This document shows, piece by piece, positions 50,214-60,045 of a stretch of 64,000 bases of DNA. Origin of the DNA: a virus; IMG/VR virus record IMGVR_UViG_2903631197_000003, positions 28,290 through 92,289 of that record. One strand, 5' to 3'. The number at the start of each line of letters is the position of its first letter. Positions within the stretch are counted from its first letter, which is position 1. A program made the translations under genes and the position numbers. The notes below the pieces were generated by a model, which had not been told where the DNA came from, ran no database searches, and was given only the letters and a program-made list of their open reading frames with translations.

Positions 50214-50406
50214 ATTACTTATCTCTTACGTTTCCTCTTCTTTTTTGGCATTGTAAACTTTGCCCCAAATGTGAACGACTCGCCACAAGGAGCGACATAT
50301 CTTTTGGAAGATGCCGGCTTCTTGTTTCTCAATATTCTCTCCATATCCTGCTGACACTTTTCGTAATCAGCAGGATTTACTTCTTTACAACAATCACATC
50401 CCATAC

Positions 50407-50751
50407 TCAATCCTCCATGTTTAAGAATACCTCAACAGGTTCATCTTCCCATTTGAGATTATCATAATCTTTTTCGTTTAGACCAAAAGCATCGAAATCA
50501 TAACCACTAATATACTTAGACCCTTTATCTAAATAAGCCCGAAACTCATCATCATATCTACGAGGTTTACCCATATAAAGCCAAAGTCTGTCATTCTTAT
50601 TTCTTGCGACATAGAACCGCACCTTATTCTTCGGCTCTTTCACCTTACCCATCGCCACAATACAGACAGCGATGAGCATAAACACTGCTCCAATGATAAA
50701 CGTGATGAAGCAGTAAATAGAACTGAAATTGTTTAGTATTTCCATAATCAT
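50407..50751 (-). CDS. Hypothetical membrane-anchored protein
   Basis: N-terminal hydrophobic helix; C-terminal LKWEDEPVEV. Confidence 0.65.
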   Translation of the reverse strand: MIMEILNNFSSIYCFITFIIGAVFMLIAVCIVAMGKVKEPKNKVRFYVARNKNDRLWLYMGKPRRYDDEFRAYLDKGSKYISGYDFDAFGLNEKDYDNLKWEDEPVEVFLNMED

Positions 50752-50935
50752 TCACATTTTATTTCACCATTAATTATTTTATTCACATCAACGTGCCTGT
50801 TCTTTATTCTCGGCACATAATCTTTGTGCAATTCCTCAAATGCTTGCAGTTCCTCGTCGGTTTGTGGAGGGATATAACCCAATGCAGCAAGACTAAAATT
50901 CAACAATGCTTGATGTTCTTTTCTTTTCAACATAC

Positions 50936-51823
50936 TCAATCCTCCCAATATCTATAGAAGTCTGGGGCTTCGTCTGTTGTGCCTACAAGATGTTTGGTGT
51001 CGTCGTTGTAGGGGATAATCATAGAAGTATCTTTATTACTCATTGTGCAAAGAAATGAATCCTCACCAGGTATTGAAACAAAATCGGCAAACCAACAATA
51101 AGCATCACCGTCGCCTATCCTTACAAGCACTCTGTCAAACGCTTTCAACGTCTTAGGGTCAAATTTATTGGGAACCAATTCATATTGGTCTTGGTACTTC
51201 ATGTAAATCATCCAAGTAAAACCATCGATTCCATAAGAATCATTATAAACTTTGCTTATCTTATAAACATCATCTTTATTGGTTTCTTTATGTCTTATTA
51301 TATCCCCTACTTTAAATTTCGGTTTAACCAACTTCTCCTTCTTGTACCAAGGAGCGATAAAATCTGCCCAGCTTCTCTGTTCTTTAGATGGGAATAACGT
51401 GCATTCCCCATCTAAATCTATAAACATCTTGCCATCAGCCGTAAAAGTTTCAGTGACTCCGTTTTCACAACTTACGACAATCGGATATACCACACCTTCA
51501 ACAATCCCTTGGAAGATAACATAGCCAAGCACTGTTGAATATAACTTTGTTCCCCTCGGACAGTCCCTTAAAATCTCGCAAAGGTTCAGCTTCGGCTGCT
51601 CTTCCTGATGTTGTTCTTCGGCTTCTTCCTGTTCCTGTACCTCCACGAAGATAACGTCCTTTTCATCTTCTCGCTGGTCTTTCTCGCAAAGTCCAATAAT
51701 CGGATTGCTGCTGTGTTCGCAATGCCCTTTAAAAAAGCAACCGTCACAACTATGACAGTGGCTTTCTTTCACTTGTAGTTTCTTGCCCTCACATTCAAAT
51801 ACTTCTCCAATTTTTCTTTCCAT
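50936..51823 (-). CDS. Hypothetical multidomain phage protein
   Basis: 295 aa; IL.DCP.GTKLYS, LFPSKEQR.W and IPYN..T.HL.GTT modules. Confidence 0.75.
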   Translation of the reverse strand: MERKIGEVFECEGKKLQVKESHCHSCDGCFFKGHCEHSSNPIIGLCEKDQREDEKDVIFVEVQEQEEAEEQHQEEQPKLNLCEILRDCPRGTKLYSTVLGYVIFQGIVEGVVYPIVVSCENGVTETFTADGKMFIDLDGECTLFPSKEQRSWADFIAPWYKKEKLVKPKFKVGDIIRHKETNKDDVYKISKVYNDSYGIDGFTWMIYMKYQDQYELVPNKFDPKTLKAFDRVLVRIGDGDAYCWFADFVSIPGEDSFLCTMSNKDTSMIIPYNDDTKHLVGTTDEAPDFYRYWED

Positions 51824-51840
51824 ATTGCTTCTGTTTTTAG

Positions 51841-52365
51841 TTAAATTAAATCCCCCGCTTCCTTAATAAGGTCAAGGAAATTGGTTAAGAACTCGTTGGC
51901 TCTTTCCTCGGTCTGGAAGGACAAGAACTTTGAAATACTATAGCACTTTCTTACTCTCACTTTAACAACGCCATCGACTGGTTCATAATACATCTCAATG
52001 CCGTGTACACTCGAAAGGCCATTAGGTAGCCAACCATCACGATAACAATCCCTAAGTTGATGTAATTGCATTAAAGCAAGATGCGCTAAAGCCGCTGGTT
52101 TATGCGGCAATATATTCCTGTCATTAACCTTGTCCCTTGTGTCTCCACCCTCGTAGGCTTCAATTAAGCCGCAGCAATCGTCCAGATAGCACTCGCCGAT
52201 TTTTACCTCGTTTTGCGCACAGAACTCCTGCCACGTCTTTGGCAATCTGTCACCGATTAATTCGTGTTCCTTAAAGGCGGTAAGCGCAATGTTTCTGTAC
52301 TCGCCTCCTTGTTCATACAACCGCCTGGCAGTATCAAGCGACAATTCAATTTGTCTTGTTTCCAT
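51841..52365 (-). CDS. Hypothetical phage protein
   Basis: 174 aa; LPKTW.EFC...AL.QL.QLRD.Y pattern. Confidence 0.7.
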   Translation of the reverse strand: METRQIELSLDTARRLYEQGGEYRNIALTAFKEHELIGDRLPKTWQEFCAQNEVKIGECYLDDCCGLIEAYEGGDTRDKVNDRNILPHKPAALAHLALMQLHQLRDCYRDGWLPNGLSSVHGIEMYYEPVDGVVKVRVRKCYSISKFLSFQTEERANEFLTNFLDLIKEAGDLI

Positions 52366-52367
52366 AG

Positions 52368-52664
52368 CTATTTATTCTTAATCGGTTTTCCGTTTAGACT
52401 ATTGAGATACATCTTCTTGACGTTTGCCACGAACTCACCAACGTGGTCTATCAGTATAATGTTCTCTCCGTCGAGTTCAACGTCACCCACCTCGGCAATA
52501 GGAATACCACCGACAAAGACGTATATCCTGTTTTCGGGGTCGTTGGGATCGTTGGCTATCGTAACGTCAGCGTTGACCGTTCTCTTGTTGTTCAACTCGA
52601 TTGATATATTACGTTCCTCACGCATCTTACGGAGGAACGCACTAAATGGGTTACTTATTTTCAT
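52368..52664 (-). CDS. Hypothetical protein
   Basis: 98 aa ORF. Confidence 0.6.
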   Translation of the reverse strand: MKISNPFSAFLRKMREERNISIELNNKRTVNADVTIANDPNDPENRIYVFVGGIPIAEVGDVELDGENIILIDHVGEFVANVKKMYLNSLNGKPIKNK

Positions 52665-53022
52665 TGTTATTTTCGTTCTGTTGCGTTATTTCTTCTTCGG
52701 TGGGCAAACTATCATTCACGTCAATATCTTCTATTACAAAGGCACATTTGTCTTCATCAAAATGCAATTTGGTGTTAGAGTAAACCCTATTGAAGTTCTC
52801 AATGCAGTCGTAGATTGCATTCTTGTAAGCCTCCTTCTCATTGTCGGTACTGACAACAAGTTCCTTCAGCTCGACACAATCGTCAAGCGAACGATTATAG
52901 AACCTCTTGTACTTCTCGTTGATTTCAAGAAGTATTTTCTCACGCTTGTAAATGATGTGGTTAATTGCGAGCATAGCAATAACCGCTACGAGCATTGCTA
53001 CAACTGATAATATAAATTCCAT
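52651..53022 (-). CDS. Hypothetical membrane-anchored protein
   Basis: N-terminal hydrophobic helix, 123 aa. Confidence 0.6.
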   Translation of the reverse strand: MEFILSVVAMLVAVIAMLAINHIIYKREKILLEINEKYKRFYNRSLDDCVELKELVVSTDNEKEAYKNAIYDCIENFNRVYSNTKLHFDEDKCAFVIEDIDVNDSLPTEEEITQQNENNNENK

Positions 53023-53337
53023 ACTACTAACTGATATTTTTTATGTTTAACTTTTCGTCTATTAACCTAATCGCCCTCACTGCAACTGACGAATGAGATT
53101 TGATTAACTTCTCTCACAGATGCAGGAGGGCGAAATTTCTTACTCTTAGTCGCCTCGCAATCATGCTGCCACCAAGATGTTCATCATGACGATTTAATCT
53201 AAGGTCCCTTGTCCGCAAACGTGACGTTAGAAATCTGTTAACGTGACGTTGCGTTGTTTCAAATTAAACGTTACTGTTTACAGAGGGCAATCTTTCTTCC
53301 CCAGGACAAACGTTTAACCACGCACTATGTCTGTGTT

Positions 53338-53574
53338 TCAAATGTACAGGGCGCAAACCTTAGACAATCTGAGATTCATAGAATCCGCATATTCCTGGGC
53401 CTCTTCACTTGTACGGAACACATTGGCATTGGCAAGGCGAGCCATACCAAAGAGGCTTCCAGTCCATTTGTCGCACTGTACTTCATACACCTTCCTCATC
53501 GCCATAAGTCTTGTAAAATAATAAGTGTCTCCAGTCTGCGGAATGAAGTCAAACTCTTTTTTTTCTCTATTCAT
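53338..53574 (-). CDS. Hypothetical protein
   Basis: 78 aa ORF. Confidence 0.6.
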   Translation of the reverse strand: MNREKKEFDFIPQTGDTYYFTRLMAMRKVYEVQCDKWTGSLFGMARLANANVFRTSEEAQEYADSMNLRLSKVCALYI

Positions 53575-53632
53575 ATATTCGGGATTTTATAAAACTACAA
53601 TGCTGTTTTGTAATGCCATCCTCCTAACACCA

Positions 53633-54040
53633 TCAATCATCTTCCTCGACTGTATAACCCTCGTCCTCGATAAGGTATTCAAAATACATCTTACTGGCCG
53701 CAAAGTTCCTGCGGATAGCCTGATATATCGTCATCACAGGTATTCCAAGTTCTTCGCTACAGGCTTTGACCGAATCGAACACTTTTCCGGTAGTCCGGCA
53801 TAAGACTTTTGTCGCACCCTTGCCTCGCTTGTGCATGAGGAAAGCTTTTTGTGGTGTTACAACCTTTGCGCTCTTTTTGCTTATTTCCCTATATGGTCTA
53901 AGATCTGCGATTTCAAAGGAGCATCCTCGGTACATCTCCTTCAACATCGGCAAGTCTGAAAGGTCATGCGAATAAAACAGATGGTGACATTCTCCGTTCG
54001 ACACAACTGCCACAAGATAATTTGTCCGTTTCTTACTCAT
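53633..54040 (-). CDS. Protein with a C-terminal NUMOD1-like HTH
   Basis: KVLC..TGKVFDSVKACSEELGI...IYQAI. Confidence 0.65.
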   Translation of the reverse strand: MSKKRTNYLVAVVSNGECHHLFYSHDLSDLPMLKEMYRGCSFEIADLRPYREISKKSAKVVTPQKAFLMHKRGKGATKVLCRTTGKVFDSVKACSEELGIPVMTIYQAIRRNFAASKMYFEYLIEDEGYTVEEDD

Positions 54041-54115
54041 TTGATTATTCTTCGTTAGTTAGGGGCGGCTGGCACAATCAAGCGCCTGCCGCCTTTAGTC
54101 TTGGCGAGCCTTTGT

Positions 54116-54601
54116 CTACTCGTCCTTCTGTAGGTGCTTTCCGTATTCTAGAATACCAAGGAACTTTGTGATGTTGACATCAACGATGTCGTAGTCCTCC
54201 ATAGAGTTTTTATAAACGCTCTCTGTTATAGCGTTGCGGGCTGATTCGATACTGTCGGCCTGTACGATATAGACTTTCTTCACGTCCTTTATCTTCGTTT
54301 CCAGGCCTCCTTTGATTTCCACTTCTTCGTGGATAGCCACCTTCACCTTGAAGAAGGTGTCGCATGAGGATTCGTCATCAAAGCAGATTTCGCTATATCT
54401 CGGTCGGGTTACGTTCTTAACCGAAATAGTGCGATTGTCGCAATTGAGTTCCTTTCGTATACGCTCTTCTGCCTGCCCGAAGTCAGCGGCTTCAACGATA
54501 TACTTCTCGTTCATTGTCTTTGTCACTCCCTTCTCGTTGGTAAAAGGGTAACTGATAGCGGTCTCTATCCAGAATCCGCTTCTTGTTCTTAAATTTGCCA
54601 T
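54116..54601 (-). CDS. DUF4494 family protein
   Basis: W.ET.I.Y....KG..K...E.Y.V.A.DF..AE.RI...FFKVKV...Y.VQA.S...A. Confidence 0.75.
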   Translation of the reverse strand: MANLRTRSGFWIETAISYPFTNEKGVTKTMNEKYIVEAADFGQAEERIRKELNCDNRTISVKNVTRPRYSEICFDDESSCDTFFKVKVAIHEEVEIKGGLETKIKDVKKVYIVQADSIESARNAITESVYKNSMEDYDIVDVNITKFLGILEYGKHLQKDE

Positions 54602-54620
54602 AAATATCTCGTTTTAAAAA

Positions 54621-54767
54621 TTAGTCACCTTCATAATAATCCTCCTTTGTTTCCCTACCCGGATCGGGTGCGTATGTGTCATCTTCTCCATCGTCATACG
54701 AGCGAGGGTCGCTATTCTCGTTTGAATAGCCTCCGTTAGCATAAAAAGCATTCCAGTTTATTGCCAT
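54621..54767 (-). CDS. Small acidic protein (48 aa, not in ORF track)
   Basis: MAINWNAFYANGGYSNENSDPRSYDDGEDD... Confidence 0.5.
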   Translation of the reverse strand: MAINWNAFYANGGYSNENSDPRSYDDGEDDTYAPDPGRETKEDYYEGD

Positions 54768-54821
54768 ATCTGAAGTATTAGTTTGCATCCACTGCCATCG
54801 TGAACGTCTGTGTCGGGCATA

Positions 54822-55778
54822 TCAGAATAGTTCTAATTGCCGATTCTCGTTTCCTTTCTCGATGAAGAGCTTTCGGAAGATATGATACATCGGTGCAACA
54901 CAGATTGAATTTCCTGCCAACTTGTATAAATTGGTCTTGAAGATTTCCTTGCCTTTCTTCTTCCAAATCAGCTGAGTTCTGTAATATTCCCTCTGCTCGC
55001 CATCGACCGTAATAGTGACTTTCCTCTCGTTTTCGGATGGTTTGTCAAAATACATATTCATAATAGGTTTGCCATTTGCATCACATATTATTGAGGTTTC
55101 GCTATCTCTATAACTTATGATTTTCTCAATATCCTCGTCGCTGACATCTTGGAGTCTAAAACATTCCGTTGGTGTGAGCTTGCGTATTCGGTATCTGCGC
55201 CCTTCCTTATCGACCATACAGCCATTTTCCATTCTCAACTCTGGTATTGCGAGCATATTGTCTTTGGTCGATGTACTGAGAGTATTACTTACCCCGTCCG
55301 TTCTTGGGCTATACTCCTTGCTTCCTTGATTGAATTTCATCCCCTTGTCTCTGTTCTTTTTTCTTAGTTTCTTACATTGTTCTGTCCTTTCCTGGCGCAG
55401 CACGTTTGGCTCGATTATCTTAGACATACCATCTTTATGACCGTTTGCCATACAATATGAGATTCCTTCAGTGTCGATTACACGGCTATTCTGACTACTA
55501 TCATACTGTCCTACGAGGTTAATCTTTGGCTCAATAAGAAGATTATCCTTATTTACACTCGTAATCGTGTTAGATGTACCGCTGTTATTGATTTCGAGTT
55601 GCTGTCTATTTGATTCGCCACGGCCACGACTTGCGGCAATTTTTGGCTCTACTTCTTCCATAACTCCTGTTATACCTTGACCGCCTCCACGGAATACACT
55701 ATCGAACCCGCACTGCCCATAGCAAGCACGTATTGCCTTGGCGTTTCCGTTAGAGTCGGTATTAATTAATTTCTTCAT
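54822..55778 (-). CDS. C5-cytosine DNA methyltransferase, C-terminal part (variable-region repeats plus motifs IX and X)
   Basis: RIRKLTPTECFRLQ (IX), YKLAGNSICV (X); repeated SNT(I/L)..V/T.KDN modules. Confidence 0.85.
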   Translation of the reverse strand: MKKLINTDSNGNAKAIRACYGQCGFDSVFRGGGQGITGVMEEVEPKIAASRGRGESNRQQLEINNSGTSNTITSVNKDNLLIEPKINLVGQYDSSQNSRVIDTEGISYCMANGHKDGMSKIIEPNVLRQERTEQCKKLRKKNRDKGMKFNQGSKEYSPRTDGVSNTLSTSTKDNMLAIPELRMENGCMVDKEGRRYRIRKLTPTECFRLQDVSDEDIEKIISYRDSETSIICDANGKPIMNMYFDKPSENERKVTITVDGEQREYYRTQLIWKKKGKEIFKTNLYKLAGNSICVAPMYHIFRKLFIEKGNENRQLELF

Positions 55779-56577
55779 TGCTTATCTCTATTACACAAGG
55801 TGCAAGAAAACCATCACCGCAGCCTTTATGATACACAAAGTTTGCCGCTCCCATCTTGTAGTAGTTGGCTTTGAGAGTCGGGCATATCTGTTCTTGCCCC
55901 CCCCCTAATGCTATTTAATAGTTCCTGTCTCTTCATCTATCTCAATTATTACTGCTTGCGGGTGTTCGTCAGCAAGCAATGTCCTCGCCACCACCATACT
56001 GCCTTTAAAGAATCTTTCGCTCTTATTGTAATAGAATGGTTCGTAAGGTCTTACCATCGAACCTTTGTACCTAAACTCCTTCATGGTGCCACAACGAATA
56101 TTGAATTATTGTTGTCGTATGTCGTTTTAAGGGTCGGACAGATGTCATACACCGCTTGATTGTATGTGTCAATCACTGAGTATGGTTTCATTTGCCCTCC
56201 CCTATTTTGAAGCAAGGTTTTCATATTCTTGCCGCCTGTGTTTCTCTCGCTCATCTTCTGTCAGTATTAAAGGCATCCGATTACCGCCGCCCCCTACGCA
56301 GGTTATGGTAGGACTTATACCAGTCACTCCTACTATATTGCCCGCAAAGCCGTGCCGGTATTCGCCGTAATAGATATTGTCTATCATTATTATTCCGTCA
56401 CTCATAATGCCCTATAACTAAGACCCCTTGAATTGGATAGTGCGCAAGGTCGAGCATATTGACTATACCTGCATTGCTGCAACGTGCAGTGACGGTCGGA
56501 CTTGACCCATCCGAACACTGCAACATCGGCTGCATATCGTCCACAATCCATTGGGGGTGGGTATGGTTATTCTTCAT
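55762..56577 (-). other. Five overlapping mini-ORFs, each carrying one methyltransferase variable-region module (56398-56577, 56202-56405, 56081-56224, 55911-56084, and 55762-55936 frameshifted at G9)
   Basis: Core motifs SPTVTA, SPTITC, CPTLKT, ARTLLA and CPTLKA; each ATG overlaps the end of the previous ORF. Confidence 0.7.
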
Positions 56578-57406
56578 TGAACAATTTTGGCTGATTTGCG
56601 TGACCTGCTGTTAGTGTCGGTGCAATAGCATTTACACCCGAAACAACACCGTCCTGCGAGTTAGACACCTTTCCCACACAAGAACTTTCATCAGAGCCAT
56701 TTAGACCGTTATTTACTCGGCAAAAATACTCCAATGCCTTGTCCGACAAATAGAAGCTCTCATCAACGTTTGGTTCAAGAATATCCTTGATACGTCTTTC
56801 AAGTTTCATCTTTTTGGGGAAGTAGTACTTAACATCTTGCCCCCCCCTCAGAATGGAAACCATAAACACTCTTTCCCGGTTCTGAGGCACGTTGTAGTCG
56901 CTCGCATTAAGTACTTGTGCAAAGTTCTCGTAGCCAAGCTTTTGAAGTCTTGATTGCCACTTATGAAAGCCTTTAAGGAAAGTTCCAGAGATAAGTCCCT
57001 TTACATTCTCAAACAAAATGTATTTCGGACGTTTTATCTCGATAGCATTCGTACATTCCCATAGCAAAGAAGAACGTGTGCCGCTGCCCTCTTCGCCTCC
57101 ACGCCGTTTCCCACTCATGCTGAAATCTTGACAAGGTGAACTCATAGTGAAAAGGTCGAAATCGGGTACTTTCTCCCAATCAATCTTTGTTATGTCCCCG
57201 AAATTCTTGTCTATATCTTCGGGAAACACTGCATTATTTGCTTTTATGGCATTTTCGTCAATCTCGCTCCACCCTACACAAACATGATGAAAGTCGGGGT
57301 AAACATCTGACAAACGTTGCAGAGCCATCTTTTGACTATTATAGCCTGCGAAGGCATAGAAACACCTTAAAGGGTTTTCTTTTGTATATTCAATCGTACT
57401 CAACAT
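56567..57406 (-). CDS. C5-cytosine DNA methyltransferase, N-terminal catalytic part (motifs I-VIII)
   Basis: FAGY (I), SEID (II), GDI (III), SPCQDFS (IV), FENVKG (VI), PQNRERVF (VIII). Confidence 0.9.
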   Translation of the reverse strand: MLSTIEYTKENPLRCFYAFAGYNSQKMALQRLSDVYPDFHHVCVGWSEIDENAIKANNAVFPEDIDKNFGDITKIDWEKVPDFDLFTMSSPCQDFSMSGKRRGGEEGSGTRSSLLWECTNAIEIKRPKYILFENVKGLISGTFLKGFHKWQSRLQKLGYENFAQVLNASDYNVPQNRERVFMVSILRGGQDVKYYFPKKMKLERRIKDILEPNVDESFYLSDKALEYFCRVNNGLNGSDESSCVGKVSNSQDGVVSGVNAIAPTLTAGHANQPKLFNEE

Positions 57407-57555
57407 CACTTAAATCAATCTTAAAATAGTCCTCTAAATATTTCCTCCAATCCGTCTTTCCGAACAACGTGTAGGTATGTTCGTAAATTCCTCAGTCATA
57501 GTTACTTATCTTACTTCGTTCTTTTATTTAAATACAAAACAATATATTCTAAAAA

Positions 57556-57676
57556 CTCTCTCTATCCTCACGGACGGAGAGAATTGAAACCAATTAAAAT
57601 GGGATTAAAAAATACTAAAAAACAATCTTATATGAATTTTACTAAGTAGCGCATTATTCTCACGAACCATACGCTA
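57556..57676 (-). repeat. Two GUGA-tetraloop hairpins (57556-57582, 57647-57676); third copy at 36591-36622
   Basis: Shared core TAT[C/T/G]CTCACG[G/A/C]AC with a compensatory base pair in each copy. Confidence 0.65.
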
Positions 57677-57803
57677 TACCCCATGAAAATAAAACTATCG
57701 ATGAAAAATCATCTGTCTATTCAGTAAATAAATGAACTTTGGAGTAAGCGCATGCCAAACAAATGACACGCGCTTGGCAAATAACAAATATATAAGCAGT
57801 AAA

Positions 57804-60020
57804 TTAAAAAGGTAGCCCTTGTTCTGTGTACTCTGGTATATATGGTAACGGAGGAATGTCGTCATCGTCGGTTTTGTCTCTTGATACAGGCGCATTTGTT
57901 GTCTGCGGCTCTTTCTCTTCGTGCTTTTTCCGCTTCCATGAAGTGTTGGTGTTAGACGAAACTTCTCCGTCCTCATCTATCGAGGCATAGGTTGACTCGT
58001 CGAACAATGACATATCCTTTGCCGTAATGTCCGTTCTCCAGTTATATGCCACGTTTTCGTCCTTGGAGTTCAAGAATCTCCTTGACGGAATATCAAAGAA
58101 CATTCCGCAAAAGTAGTCCTGCACGCCAATCATTCTGTTTTTTGCTATCTCAATCAGGTTGCCATAGCCAATGTCCGACCATTCCTTTATTTTCTCTACA
58201 CCAAGAAAGTCTGATCCAGCCCTCTTGAAATCCTTGTTAAGTCTATGAATGATAAACACATTGTCGGCTGCGTCTGAAATATTAGCCGAACCGCTGATGT
58301 CAGACTTTCTCAGAAAGAATATCGATTTCCTCGGATGGGCAACAAGGATTATATGCGAAGGGCATTTCTCATCCTTACAAAACGATGTCAGGTCGGTTAC
58401 GAACGCACGCTGCTTGGCATTATTGTCTCCGTCAAAGATATTGATGTCAAGAGAAAAGAGGTTGTCAAGGATAAAGATCCTCACCCCGGCCTTGTCCCTC
58501 AACTCTCTCATGTCGTTTACAAGCTGCTCCCATTTTGAGGTATAATTATTGTTGTGGAGAAAGAATTTGTTGTCCATCCAGGCATCTATTTGGTTAGCAG
58601 CTCCATCAGGAACAAACCAGTACTCACCCTTAGACGATTTCCTCAACACTGTTTTGCCAGCGGCTATTGTTTGGAGGTTTGACTTCAGCACTTTTGCGTT
58701 CATCTCTCCCGAATATAGAGCGACTGCCTTGTCTTGCTGTATGACGTTTAAGACGAGTTCGTTAAGCCACGATGTCTTACCCGATGAGTTTGTTCCAGAG
58801 AGTATCGTCAGTTCTCCGTAGAACATCTTCTTGATTTTCTTGTCAAGCCTTTTAAACCCTGTCTTAAAACCATCAAGCTCGTCAATATTCACCTTTTGAA
58901 TATTGCGCATCGACAACCACTTTTGCCCTAACGAAGAGTTTTCTTCAAGTATGCTTGGCTGCTTTGGTTGTTGTACAGATGCAACCGGTTGCCTTTGATA
59001 CCCTTGTTGCTGATATTCAACCCTGTCATAAGCAGAGGGTTCGAACTTCAATCGGACATCTCTCCATGTGTAATGACTGCAAGAGTTATGGAAGCACTTG
59101 AAACCTATTGAACCATCTGCAAGCTCGAATATCGCACTGTCTGGTGCTTTATGGCTTGAGTCGAAAGGACACTCTGTCAAAACAAACTTCCGACCTCCAC
59201 CAGGCATGCTTACAATCTTTGAAACGGAAATGCCATGCTCGTTGATAAACTCATCAAGGTTAAATTCTTTTGCTCCTTGCGAGTACCTATTTCTTTTGTG
59301 CGTATTATCCGCTTCTACCTGGAAGACGGCCTTAAACCATTCAAGCTGCTTAATTCCTATTACCTGGCTTCTATTCGGCTCAGACATTATCCAAACAGGC
59401 CTATGAGGGCGTTCTTCTGTACTACGACCCTTGCGTCCAAAAGAGCCTGGCAGACGAATTATTCTATTGGCATCAAAAAGTACCGTGTCTATCTTTACAC
59501 TCTCGTCGTTGAAACGTAGCGCAAGTATCTCCAAGAACTTCTTTACAAGCAGTTCTGCCTCGTCGTCGTTGTTCAGGTCGCATGGAATGTATAAGTGATA
59601 ACCCGAAGAAGAGTCAACCACAGCCGGCGTAGGAAAACCCAAACTCTGCAAAAAAGCATAAACTTCCCTTGCCTTATTGTAAGCCTTGTCTTTTTCCTCG
59701 TTGGTAGAGGAAACACCCGAAGGACGTTCGCAATCCACATCTATCGGAATCCACCAACGATGCTCGATGTCAACCTTGCTCGTTGCAGTGCCTCTTACCA
59801 GTCGGAAATTACCGAATTGTTCACGGCTTGCACAGGCTTGCTTTACCTCGTTTACCGAGTAATATATATTAAAGTTGTCGTATGGCTGCAAGGCTGTTAT
59901 TGCCTGCTCGACATCGAAGAAATATCCGCTATAGGTCTTATCCCCTAAGATACGTATTTCGAATAGTTCGTTCGGTCGGCGAAACAATCTATGCCATTTC
60001 CTAATCTCGTCAATATTCAT
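57804..60020 (-). CDS. DNA primase-helicase (AEP-like primase, Zn-binding domain, SF4/DnaB-like helicase)
   Basis: IDVD, SSSGYH, CPF..SH...CFHNSC, Walker A GTNSSGKT, ILDNL, LVAHPRK and DISGS motifs; start moved to MNIDEI, outside the array. Confidence 0.88.
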   Translation of the reverse strand: MNIDEIRKWHRLFRRPNELFEIRILGDKTYSGYFFDVEQAITALQPYDNFNIYYSVNEVKQACASREQFGNFRLVRGTATSKVDIEHRWWIPIDVDCERPSGVSSTNEEKDKAYNKAREVYAFLQSLGFPTPAVVDSSSGYHLYIPCDLNNDDEAELLVKKFLEILALRFNDESVKIDTVLFDANRIIRLPGSFGRKGRSTEERPHRPVWIMSEPNRSQVIGIKQLEWFKAVFQVEADNTHKRNRYSQGAKEFNLDEFINEHGISVSKIVSMPGGGRKFVLTECPFDSSHKAPDSAIFELADGSIGFKCFHNSCSHYTWRDVRLKFEPSAYDRVEYQQQGYQRQPVASVQQPKQPSILEENSSLGQKWLSMRNIQKVNIDELDGFKTGFKRLDKKIKKMFYGELTILSGTNSSGKTSWLNELVLNVIQQDKAVALYSGEMNAKVLKSNLQTIAAGKTVLRKSSKGEYWFVPDGAANQIDAWMDNKFFLHNNNYTSKWEQLVNDMRELRDKAGVRIFILDNLFSLDINIFDGDNNAKQRAFVTDLTSFCKDEKCPSHIILVAHPRKSIFFLRKSDISGSANISDAADNVFIIHRLNKDFKRAGSDFLGVEKIKEWSDIGYGNLIEIAKNRMIGVQDYFCGMFFDIPSRRFLNSKDENVAYNWRTDITAKDMSLFDESTYASIDEDGEVSSNTNTSWKRKKHEEKEPQTTNAPVSRDKTDDDDIPPLPYIPEYTEQGLPF

Positions 60021-60045
60021 CACATAAACATATATATTTCTTCCT

